A stretch of 62,705 nt of DNA, filler included. It is 10 parts of 10 records of this genome, joined end to end, with 100 filler letters (N's around TTAATTAATTAA, not from the genome) between each part and the next. Parts side by side here need not be neighbours in the genome. Positions count along the whole stretch, not along the records: positions 29,905 to 34,657 come from SRR15195285_2164; positions 34,758 to 45,339 come from SRR15195285_2165; 8 more parts are not named here. One strand, 5' to 3'. The notes below the pieces were generated by a model. That model had not been told where the DNA came from. It made no database searches and worked only from the letters and a program-made list of their open reading frames with translations. Positions 34,235 to 45,439 of this stretch are shown piece after piece. Numbering within the stretch: position 1 is the first letter of the stretch; each line of letters starts with the position of its first letter. Position numbers and translations under genes: made by a program.

Positions 34235-34657
34235 GATCCCCGCGCCCACGTACGGTACGTCCTCCCCGCGTGACTCCCTCTCCAGCTCTCCGCGCCCGCC
34301 CCCTTTCGCACTAGTATCCCAGAGAGCAATCGATCTCTCTGAGAGCGAGTGGCCCAGCGCGCGGACCGGTGGGGGGATGCGCGCGCGCGCCGGGGCACCG
34401 CGGGGCACAGGTCGTCACGCGCGGTGTACACGGTCGTATTGTTGTATACCATTGTAGCATTCGAATATAATTATACTGTAGCCGGGTAGGAAGTCCTAAC
34501 CCCAAGATCTCTAGACACGTTACCGTGTACACGGAACGCTCCCGAACAGCGAACACGCTCGCAGCTGTCCAAGAATCTGAGTCGACTGATCCCCGCACCA
34601 TGTACAGTAGTCAAGTAGTGGGGCATTGACTCGTACAATCATATTGTACCGAATGTG

Positions 34658-34757
34658 NNNNNNNNNNNNNNNNNNNNNNNNNNNNNNNNNNNNNNNNNNN
34701 NTTAATTAATTAANNNNNNNNNNNNNNNNNNNNNNNNNNNNNNNNNNNNNNNNNNNN
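34658..34757. other. Artificial contig spacer
   Basis: N44-TTAATTAATTAA-N44. Confidence 0.99.
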
Positions 34758-35508
34758 ACACTTTGTTCTTTTCATTTTGATTTTAAATTGAGATCTTCAT
34801 TTGATGTCAGGAGCCATAGTACCGTACTGTACAATAAAGCGCCGGAGTATATTAGAAACCGGTGTGAGGAAGTAACACACCGATATACATGTAACTGGGG
34901 ATCCGAACTGGGTTGGTCAGTATTGTACAGTATAATGTATACAGTATGCAGCGATATCGGGAATTACTGGTGCGATCACTGAGTGTCCCGGCGGTACATC
35001 GAGTGAATTCGGGAATCCAACGCGAGATTCACTGAGAAATCTCGTGGACCCTTCTCCCCACCTCGAGTCGCTGCTTTGTTTCGCACATCATTCCTGAAAA
35101 TCGCCTTTGTTCTTCCTTGATAACCGACCCCCGAGTGAAGAAGACCTTAGAAAGCACAACAAACGGCGCCTTCATGCAGAAATGGCACACCATTTTCCAG
35201 CACAAACTGCAGAAAAATTGAAATTGAAATCACCCCGGCGCTTACTGTTGCACGAGCGGCGCTGGCCATGGCGGTGTCGGCTATGGTCAGGCTGGGCAGC
35301 AGCAGCAGCGGTGGTGGCAGCGGTGGTGGTGGCGGCAGTGGTGGCGATGCCCTGCGATGCTCTGCGATGACCTGCTGCCCAGACTGAGTGCGGCTGTTGT
35401 GGGCTCGGGCTCTTTCGCAGCCCAGCCGTCGCGCTCGCCGGTCAGCAGGGCGAGGAACGATGATGAGGGCCGGTCCTACGGGGTGAGCTGGCTGTTCATC
35501 GCAGGGCG

Positions 35509-38500
35509 ATGAACAACGTCAGGACGGTCCTGGCGAAGCACAAGGCCTATAAGCGGGCGCGGCGGCTGTGGGAGGAGTATCTCGAGGTCTCGGAGCTGCG
35601 CGACAAGGTCGAAGCCGACCAGCGCCTCTCGACCTTCCTGGACAACTTCAAGCAGTCCTATGCTGAGCTGTCTGCTGGGCCAGAGGACCGCGAGACACTG
35701 GACAGCATCTTCGGGGAGTGCACCGATATCCTGCAGTCGCTGCTCGCGATGCTCGACAAAAAGATATCGACGGATGGCGAGACCAACCTGGCGGACCTTC
35801 TGAACAACGCCTTGGAGGTGGCCGAGCTGTTGATTCGGGACGAGAAATACCGGCAGGTGGTCAAGGACACGCCAAAACTGCTGTCCCAGATCGTCGATGT
35901 GCTCTCGATCGCTGGAAACTCCGAAGCCAAGAAGATCGTCTTGCGCATGATCAGCTCGTTCGGCTCCGTGTCAGAGAACAAAATGATGGTGGGGCATCAA
36001 GGGGGCTTCCAGAAAATGCTGACTCTGTTGGTCGAGGGCGATGAGGACCTCAGCCGCGAGGTCCTGAAGACGTTGAAGCACTTCCTGAACGTCGAGATTC
36101 GGCAAGCCAGCGAAGGTTCAGACGATGCTGCGATTGGGGTGGTGGGGGGGTTCGCGCTGTTTTCGTCACAGAAGATCGTGCATGCCATGTCCGGTTTCAC
36201 GCAAATCGCATTCGGCGAGGTGAATCGAATGTTTCCCGCTGCAAAGATTGAAGAAAGGATGCAGCTGGTTGCTGCGAATATGGTGGATTCCGCCGCCGAG
36301 GAAGCAGACTTGCTGCGTGAGAGCATGGCGTTTCTCTTGGAAGGAGGGGAGGCGGGGCTGTTCCCACCATCACAGGCTTCCTTGCAGCACGTGTATGATC
36401 AGTACGAAAGTTCGAAGACCGCCGCACAAGTCGCGCTTGCCTCTGCGGGAGACGGCAGTGACGAGGCAACACCGTTACTATCGGGTACAGAGGATGAGGT
36501 CATGAAGGAGCTTATGCGGATGCAAGGTGTTTTGAGCACATTGACATTATCCATTTCTGAAGCTGCGCGGACGGTGCAACTGGACATGATGGAGACCATT
36601 TCTCGTTTGCTGCTCAACAATCCACGAAATCAGCACGAGTTTCGAAGAGCTGACGGATACTCACGCTTTCTACAGCTGTTGGATCGAGTGACGGACTACA
36701 GCGCCCAGGAGAACATGTTGTTTGTCCAGGACGTATTCGACACCATTTTCACCATTGCATTGGATGGCAACCCAGAGCGCGTTGTCGGCAATCCAGATGC
36801 CATGCGGCTGCTTGTTGACCTAGTGTGCACGGGGTCGAGCGCCGTACGAATCCACGCAGTGAGAACCTTGCATGACTTGCTCACCGTGAATTACGTGAAT
36901 GCAGCAGTGCTGCAGACAATCGACGGAGACTTGATGCTCACCGACTTACTTCTTAGTCAGGATGCATTCCCGGATGGGTCCAGTTCCGACGACGACCGCG
37001 CCGAGCTGGTGGACCCCCTGGCGAAGCTATTAGAGTACATGATCTTTTTGCTATCCTCGCATAGTATGGGTCCTTTAGGGCATGTGGTACGCTCATTGGA
37101 TCAAGCGCAAGCCTCACCTACGTCGTTGGACGCGGTCGTGGAAGAAGCGATGCTCAAGCTGGTGTCGAACATTACGTGTGATCTGCGCGCACGCAGAGCA
37201 CCATTCAATGTCTCTGAATTGTTGCCCACGGTAATCGAAATGTTGCGGCGCAGTTTCTCTGCCCCTCAACGTGTCGCGGGTGCAGAAATGCGAACCGGCT
37301 TAACTCGTGATAGGCGCCTGCTGCTGCTGCTGGAGTTAATGGGGGTGCTGGTGCATGACAGTCCACCGTTGGTGATGATTGTCGTGGAGCGTCAGGGTCT
37401 GACGCTGTTGACGAGTATCATCTGTGACAAAACTGGAGAGGTTCCGGGGTCATGTCAGTCGCGGCGGATGGGCACAGATACTGCTGTAGCCGTCCGCCAC
37501 ATGGCTTTATGGATTCTTCAGGACATAATCGGAGCCGGCTGCCAGTCAGGGATGGACCACACAGAATGGCTGGTATCGTTGTTGAACGCTCAGTTGCCTC
37601 TCGAACTGCAGCTCTTAGTGTTTGCAGCAGTACGGCAGGTTGGTATTAGCAGCGCTGTCAAACGCTATTTCCGGACAGCGGGTGCGCTCGACTCTTTGAT
37701 AGAAATTCTGCGAAGCGAGAATGTATCCCTTATCGAGCCTGTCCTCAAGACTCTGGCAGTGCTGACACGTGACTCGGAGGAAAACAAGTCGTACGTCGCC
37801 GAGGAACTGTTGGATGGTGATTATTCTGTCCTGCTAGACGCGTTCGGCTCTGCGCCAATGACGTTGAAGAACTTTCGCATCGCAGTGGAATTGGCGTGTG
37901 TCGGCCCTGCATATTCCATTTTCAGCTATGTCGAACCGGAACCAGAAGAGCCCCCGGCTCAACAGCACGTTCCACCAGCAGTGGGAAATCCAGACGGTGG
38001 CGACGAGAGGCTTGGCGGGAACGAGAGTTCAGATGACGAAGTAGATGGCCTGGGGCCATCCACAGGAGATACAGAAGCTGTACCTCCGCCTGATTTTGCA
38101 AATGATGATCGTGACGCTTCAACTGGCATGGAGCGTAATGCCGAGGATTCAGTGCCAGTTACTGCTCCGCAGGGACAACATCCAGATGTGTGTCCATCGG
38201 GAGCTGGCGGTTGCCCGTGGCACTGTGCAATTCGCGACCATGTCCAGCGTATTCAGGACCCGCAATTTTTGTTCTTGCAGGGCCCCCCTTCCCTGTCGCG
38301 TCACTATGCCTTTCTCATCGCTTTGCAGAAACGGCGCGAACAGACGTCAGAGGACGAAGATACTGGGTCGCTTTCACCCCGCAGCCAGATGACTTCCGAG
38401 CTTCGCGAATCCGACGTGCTGTCGCAGTTCTCTGATTCAGCATCGGAATCGTCATCTATTCGCGATTCTTTAGATCTGGCAGCGCGAGACTTAGCTCTGC

Positions 38501-41500
38501 AAGCACTGCTGAGCGAACAAGCGGGCAGCAAAGCCCGCACAAAAGTGGATGGAAGCAGACCATCACGATGGTGGGAGCTGGGACGGCGCAAGGCGGTGGA
38601 ACCTGAGCCCGAGCCCGAGCCCGAGCCTGAAGAGAGTGTCGCTGTGCCTAAGGGCGTAAAGGTCCGCGCTGACAGCCACACAGACGGCTTCCACCCTGAT
38701 CAAGTGGCTGGTGGGAGACTGGGCCGACAGATCATTACCAGTATGCTTAAGTTCGACCCACAGGTGACCGCAGGCATTGAGGGCGTGCCGTTTTGGCGAC
38801 CCGGATCGGGTTGGGCTGTGGACAGCACAAGGCCAGCGTCAGCACTGGACGATAGAGGTACCATACTCGCCCCAAAAGTGATGATTCGTGGCTCCACAGC
38901 ACTGAGCTGGTTGCTTGAACTGGTACTCCTGAGTGATGATGCTGTGCAGCAAGGTGGCATGGTAGCTAGTCTGCTCCGGATTGCGGCCTCTGGCCTAGCC
39001 GCTCGTCGGTCGATCTGTCATGCTGGTGGGTTGCAACGGTGTCTCCAGCTTTGCTTAGACCCGCGACTGTCAGATTCAGAATCAGTTCAGAGGCTGGTGC
39101 ACGTTCTTGCGAGTGCTGTTGGTCGTTATGACATTTCTCTGATTGAGCTGCGCGAGTTGTTTTTGATGACTTACGGAGCTCAATCTTCGCGCCAGCAAGT
39201 GCAACTGCTCCAAGTCATAGCCGCTGTTGCGCAACGCTGGGAACCAGTAGGACTGATACAACTCAGAGGGCCAGTCTCAGCAGTTACGGCACCTGCACTT
39301 GATAAATTTCCCAAGCCGCAGACCGGCTACACCATTTGTGCCTGGATCAAGTTAGGACCAACTCTGGAGCCAGGCGAGAACTTGGTTTTCTGTTGGAGAG
39401 ACCCCAAATATCTGATCTTCGAGCTTTTTTTCCGAGTCTGGCCGCGCGAGAGATTAGAAGACGGCACTTTAGAGCCAATCCCAAGGCGTAATTTGTGTGT
39501 GCGGATGCGCAACTCACCCTGCACCCACACTGAATACTTCACATACGATGGATTCTCATTTGACCACGTTGATTCTTGGCATCATTTGGTCTTGACTCAC
39601 AACAAGCAGCTCTTATCCTTGTATGTTGATGGACGCTATGTCCAATCATTTCAGCCACTCAATTACCCGATTGGCGTCTCGAGGACCTACCCGCTACGCG
39701 CTGTTATCGGATGCCCACAAGAGGCAGAGACGAATACGCACACTGCATTTTTGGAGCGTTGCACAGGAACGTTCTGTGGCGAATTAGGGTTGCTGCATGT
39801 GACAGAGGGAGTCTGGGATGCTAGCGCCGCACGGGCTGCCGCGAAGAGCTTTCCTTACCAACGAAATTTGCAGGCAGTAGGAGTGAATCACAAGCAGCTG
39901 CTGTGTATGGATCCTCTTGATTGCCCATCATTGCCATTCGCCAATGATCAGCGCAGTGTCGGCCAGGACATCGGCGAGAATTCTTTGCCTGGAGGTGCGG
40001 ACGCAATGCAGAGCGAAGACGGGTCTCTGGGCGAAGATCAGTCTACCTTGGATCAGTTCTACCGATTAGATGAGCTTGAGACCTGGCGAGAGCTGCAACG
40101 TGAACAGACACGGGACAAGCAGCACGAGATCGAACGGTGGAGGGACGATCGCCCTGTTGTCTTGTCGAATGACCCAGCGCACGATCCATTTGCATCGCTC
40201 GTTGGCGAGGGCACACATGCAGGTCCTGCGAACGCACCCTCCGTGGTTTCTGAACCTAGTCCTGATGTGGAGTTGCACAATGCGGCAACTAGCGGTCACG
40301 TGGAACGGGCGCCGGACGTGGTACTAAAATCGCCAGTGTGTGCAGATAAGCGATCAGACCTGACAGCGGGACCTAGTACACTAAATACTGCAATCACGCC
40401 AACCATGAGTAGCCAGGACCCCACCAGGTCGGATGCAGAAGCACTGCCAGCAGAAGATTTGTCGACAATTGTCCTCGAGGAGATACAGAAGGCGGTTGCA
40501 CCACTTGTTGTTCAGGGTGATGTCGACATCCATCATATGGGGTCTTTTCATGACGTGGCCCATGAAATTGGAGACTTCTACCTGCCATTGCCATTTCTGA
40601 GGATGGCGCCGCCACAGCGAGCGTTGGGGTTGCGAGTATTATTGGAAATGCTGTGTGCTAACGAGCAGACAGTCCGATCTTTTCGTGACGCTCGCGCTGG
40701 CAGCACCGTCCTCTATTTGCTCCAGGGCTGGTGCGGACCCGATGGGGAGCCAGACCCGGCTTTTGATTCTTTATTTGAGCTGCTGCGCGAGCAAACTTTG
40801 CCCGTGGGCGAGTGCATGCAGTTGATTTTCGATCTAATGCTGATCGATAACCTGCCAATGCAAAATAACGTGGAGCACTTGCAGACTTTGTCTGAAGTAT
40901 TTCTTGAACAAACAGCTGGGGAAGACGGAGAAGGAGATCCTGACGAGGCGCATATGGTGCAGCAGTGGAAGGATTCATGTGCAGGAATGCCAGCCATGAT
41001 GGAGGTCTTGTCGCGCAGCTCTGGGGAGCAAACCCGCGTAGTGCTGAACATCTTGAGGCTGATGTGGGAGCCTTCGTTTACTAGCGAAGATCTTGAGATG
41101 ATGTTGGAGTTCTGTGTGGGGACTGTTGAGGAGATGCTTTCTATTCTGGAGGATTGTGACAGCGAGGATGATGATGACGAACAGATCCCAATGGGCGAAG
41201 ACCACCATACTCACGATGTTGCAACGACTGATGAGCAGGGTACGGGCATCGATCACCGTGCGATTGAGCTTCGGAATACCTCTGGTGGCGATCGTGGGGA
41301 TGTTGGAGCACCTGTGGTTTGGGCTGCAGAGGAAGGAGAACCCGATACGGCTGCTAGTCGCCTGCAATATCGCAGTGACTACGAAGGTACGGTACCATTG
41401 CAAGTGGTGAAAGATGCGGAGTCAGTACCAGACAAGAGCATGTATGTTTATGGCTACGACTCAGATGATGATGTCGAACTAGGCAGTAGGGGGGAAATTG

Positions 41501-44011
41501 ATGCACGCGTGGCCCATGGTCTGGGCATTGCAGACTGCGATTTTCACGATTGGCTTGGTGACGGAGACATGCACGATGATCAGTTCAAGCCTGCACAGGA
41601 GCCGACAGACACAGACTATGCCGCCCAGATTTCGGAAGCCAAGTTCGAGGCTCTAGTTTTTGTACGCGAGATCCTCGTTGCGAAACCAGCAGATGTGGCG
41701 GTGGACGTCATGCGTGACGCGGGCGGGTTTCAAGTTCTATTTGCACTGCTCAGTTCCCCAGACGAACGAATCCGGTTGCTTGCATTGGATCTAATTGGTC
41801 TATTGATTGTTCATGGCAAGCCAGCAGATGCGAAGGCGTTTGCCTTGGCGGGTGGATTTGATACCGTCGCGAAGTACCTGGTCCGTCACTGGATTTCTCG
41901 GCCAGTAGGGTGGGCATTGCTGTGCTTAGCGGTGCGAACACCCGGTACGATTGTTGATACGTCAGAATGGCTTGAAGGCCGGTGCAATTTGAGTGAAGGA
42001 GGGGAACTGGCCTCCCCGACATCAGGCAGGTCGGCTTCGGACAGGTCTGATGAGGACGCAGCGCCGATGGTCATCAACTTCGAGGCGTTGTACTGCCTAC
42101 TACAATTGTTGCAGTTCGGAACAACCGACAAACCAGTAGAGCGGGACATGTCGGAACGTCTAGCTGAAATCACGATGGCTCCGCATAACTTGGATCAATT
42201 GTTGTCCCACAATTTCGGTGACTGGTGCTTTTCTTTTTTTGCGAAGATCCAACGGCATGCTGTCACGCGCCGTGGAATTCGGAACAAGTCTCACGTATTC
42301 CAAGTAGTGCGCAGGGTCAACGGTGCACTACTGCTCTTGAACATTCCGCGAGCACTGCCGCCGAAGACATTTAAGCAACTGCGAAAGTTCATTTCCGATT
42401 CAGCAGACTTCGGAATCTACTTGGTAGATGACGTCCTGGATCACTATGAATTGAGCCCAGTGCTCTCTGCAGATGATGCCAGCAACACAGTGAAAAACTT
42501 GGCTGGCTTCTTCGACCAGCTTGAAGAGCACACCGATATACCAGTGGAAACATGCGTGTGCATCATTGCACTCATTAACAACATGGCAGTGAGAAACAAT
42601 TCTACATCCCGGAACCACATGATGACGCACAAGCTACTTGACACAAGAGGTGAGCTTTCATGCGAATGCCACCCGCGTTCTGACGCCGCATTTGCAATTG
42701 CCTACATTCTCGACGCCTCGAGAGTACCATTTCATGATGTAATCTGGTTGCTGCAACCCTGTGTTTGTGCAGACCGCCTTGTGCTTCATTGCTTGAAATG
42801 CGATTCATCAGTGGAAGCCTGCTACGAACTTGTTGCGATGCCATTCGAATCTGTCATTGAGCAGCCATCTTTTCGGGAAAAGCACGGACCACTCTATTTG
42901 CTGCGCCATATGCATCGTGCATCCTGCGACCCGTCTCTGCAGGTGCTCTTCGCGAGTGTGATCAAGCATGTCTGCTGTACCGTCGACGAGAACCGCAAGG
43001 TTATTGCAAGGGTCATCGATGACGTCGATATCAGCACACGCATGCTAGGAAATGACTTCGGCGAGAATGTTAGTCAGTGGCTTCGCATTTTACCGCCACG
43101 AGCAGGCGCACCGCCTGGAACTCCGGACGGACACGGCGACAGTGTGACATCTCCAAGTCATATGGCCAGCCATCCTGTGATGGGTGACGAAGTCCGTTCG
43201 CCAATGCGGCTGGGAGCTGCCGCGGCCGCCTCGACTAGTGAGGTGCTTACAGTCGTGACCCCGCCTGCGTCGGGAGCCTCAGCTGTAACCACTACTGGTG
43301 GAGCGGCCCGTTTTCACCCTGTCTCTCCTGCGCGGAATCGTCCGGTGTCGCCGACGAGCAGCATCGGCAGCGCAACGAGCATCGACGGCGGCGAGCTGAT
43401 GGTTGACACAGTAGCTGACTGCGAAGAATTCCTGGAGTGGTATCACTGCCCTGAACAAGATGAAAAGCGCGAAGCGATTGAGGGACGCCTGGAAAAACTT
43501 TTAGCACCAGCAGACAAATCGTGGCGCCGACTGCACGAGCGTCAGCTCGCTGCACGTTCGAAAGCCTTTCGATCGCGGGTTGAGCTGGCAAGGACTAAGG
43601 AGAGCGCTCTCCTGGATGGCTTCAACGAAGAAGATAAAAAGGTCCGGGCACGTGTTGAAAAGATGGGCACGAACCACCTACGGCGCGTGCAACACTGCAT
43701 CGCGGAGCGCAGGGCTCGGGCCCGGGAGGTGAGTACGGCTGTCTGCGCCCGAATCTTGGTTGCGCTTCCATGTGTTCAATGCCACCACAGGCTATTCCAT
43801 CCGGAGCGCACCGGGTCTGCGTTTCCCTGTGCGTATATGTGGCTCTAACCTAATCGAACCGTTGTCATGCCAGGGACGCGCGGCATGGGAATCTCTCGTG
43901 GCCGGAACAGATGTGACTGACCCAGGGGCAAAAGAGGCCGATGCAGCGAGCAAGTTTTATGGTTTCGTCCCGCCGGCAATATTTTCGTCACGGAAGCGCG
44001 CCGGCCCGTGA
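35509..44011 (+). CDS. ~2740-aa ARM/HEAT solenoid with ConA/LamG-like domain, resembling the N-terminal part of neurobeachin/LYST-type BEACH proteins; exons 35509-42649, 42773-43728, 43874-44011
   Basis: ARM-like helices (NPRNQHEFRRADGY, FRTAGALDSL, MRDAGGFQVLFALL); ConA-like GYTICAWIKL..SWHHLVLTH..LSLYVDG..YP (~39320-39830). Introns 42650-42772 and 43729-43873 (GTGAGT..CTCTAAC..CCAG). 5' end may extend upstream. Confidence 0.7.
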
Positions 44012-44095
44012 CGTTGTGCGGCCGACTGCTAACGATAGAGCGCAAACTCGCCAAAAGAGTTGCGTATCACGTGCCTACAGCCTTGGTATTTAATT

Positions 44096-44851
44096 TCACA
44101 GACCTTGCGCGCTCAAGAACTTCCGCACTTCTGGGTAGATGACGTCCGACTCGGTGCCAGCAAAGTTGCCCAGGACACCGCTGTCTTGGTCGTAATACTC
44201 GATGAGTGGCACGGTCATCTCTGCGTACTTGTCCAGCCGAGCCATGACAGTCTCTGGCTTGTCGTCCTCCCGCTGCTCCAGCGCCTCGCCCGTCACGTCA
44301 TCCTTGCCTTCCTCCTTCGGTGGGTTGTAGTCGTACGCGTACACGCGACCACTAGCCATATGGATCCACCGCCCCGACATGCGCTCCACGATGGTCGCTT
44401 GGGGGATGTCGAGGTTGATCACCATATCAACCTTGATCTCTTTAGACAGTGCCTCCGCCTGAGCCTGCGTCCGTGGAAAGCCGTCCAGCAGGACGTTGGT
44501 CGTCGTCGGCAGCTTTTCCACCTCCTCGAGCACCAGTCGGATGATCAGCTCGTCCGGCACCAGCGCGCCCGAGTCCATGTACTCTTTGGCCTCCAGCCCC
44601 ACGGCTGTGCTGTTCTGGACATGTGCGCGTAGCTCGTCGCCCGTCGAGAGGTGGTGGAAGGGGAACTCCTTCAGGATCTTCTTGGAGATCGTACCCTTGC
44701 CCCCGCCCGGCGGACCCATGATCAGCGCGAACTTCCGCTCGGCCGCCGCCGCCGCAGCAGCGGACGCCAGCATGCGCGGCTGCGCGGCGAAGCGCATCCG
44801 GTGCGCCGCAGCCGCCGCAGGTCGGCGCTGCAAGAGAGACCTCATGAGCAT
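44096..44851 (-). CDS. AK3: Mitochondrial adenylate kinase, GTP:AMP phosphotransferase AK3-like
   Basis: Arg/Ala-rich presequence; GPPGGGKGT, LSTGDELR, GALVPD, LLDGFPRT; LID RWIHMASGRVY..NPPKEEGKDDVTGEALEQREDDKPETV. Confidence 0.9.
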   Translation of the reverse strand: MLMRSLLQRRPAAAAAHRMRFAAQPRMLASAAAAAAAERKFALIMGPPGGGKGTISKKILKEFPFHHLSTGDELRAHVQNSTAVGLEAKEYMDSGALVPDELIIRLVLEEVEKLPTTTNVLLDGFPRTQAQAEALSKEIKVDMVINLDIPQATIVERMSGRWIHMASGRVYAYDYNPPKEEGKDDVTGEALEQREDDKPETVMARLDKYAEMTVPLIEYYDQDSGVLGNFAGTESDVIYPEVRKFLSAQGL

Positions 44852-45339
44852 CCTGGCGTATAGTACTAGAGAGACAGCTCAACCCACTGCCCAGCTGTCC
44901 GATCGTGTCGCGTCGGAGCTCAGCGATCAGCCAATGCTGACCAGCCACCCACCCACGCACGCCGAACAGCTTCCGCTCCGAACCGTCCGTGGTGGTGGTC
45001 GAACGTTTGGGGTTTGGCCACCAAGCAAAACGAAAACCACGGGAATTCAATAGAGAATTCTTGCGTCCAATCTGTCCTCGGGAAGTTCGCGGACGGATTG
45101 GGTCCGCGCAGATATTCACCGGTGAAAATGAGGCACCCCTGTACATGCACACCCTGCACGAGCCACAAACATGAAACAAGCTGCTCCGGTGTGCTGCTCG
45201 GTGTCCGCTGTCCCGGAACTGGATTCAAAATTTCGTTTGAACTTTCGTATACTTTCAATTTACTTTTAAAAATGATTTGAATTATGAAATGGACTTCTAA
45301 ATACGAGTTATCGGATCGGGATTTTGACAAACTGGTTCA

Positions 45340-45439
45340 NNNNNNNNNNNNNNNNNNNNNNNNNNNNNNNNNNNNNNNNNNNNTTAATTAATTAANNNNN
45401 NNNNNNNNNNNNNNNNNNNNNNNNNNNNNNNNNNNNNNN
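45340..45439. other. Artificial contig spacer
   Basis: N44-TTAATTAATTAA-N44. Confidence 0.99.

Noticed and set aside
33110-34273. 387-aa plus-strand ORF and many other 60-250 aa ORFs overlapping real genes
   Set aside because: Antisense or alternative-frame shadows expected in GC-rich coding DNA; no recognisable motifs.
35023-35044. Short hairpin CGAGATT...AATCTCG as a terminator or ncRNA
   Set aside because: Only a 7-bp stem, no U-tract, eukaryotic context; could arise by chance.
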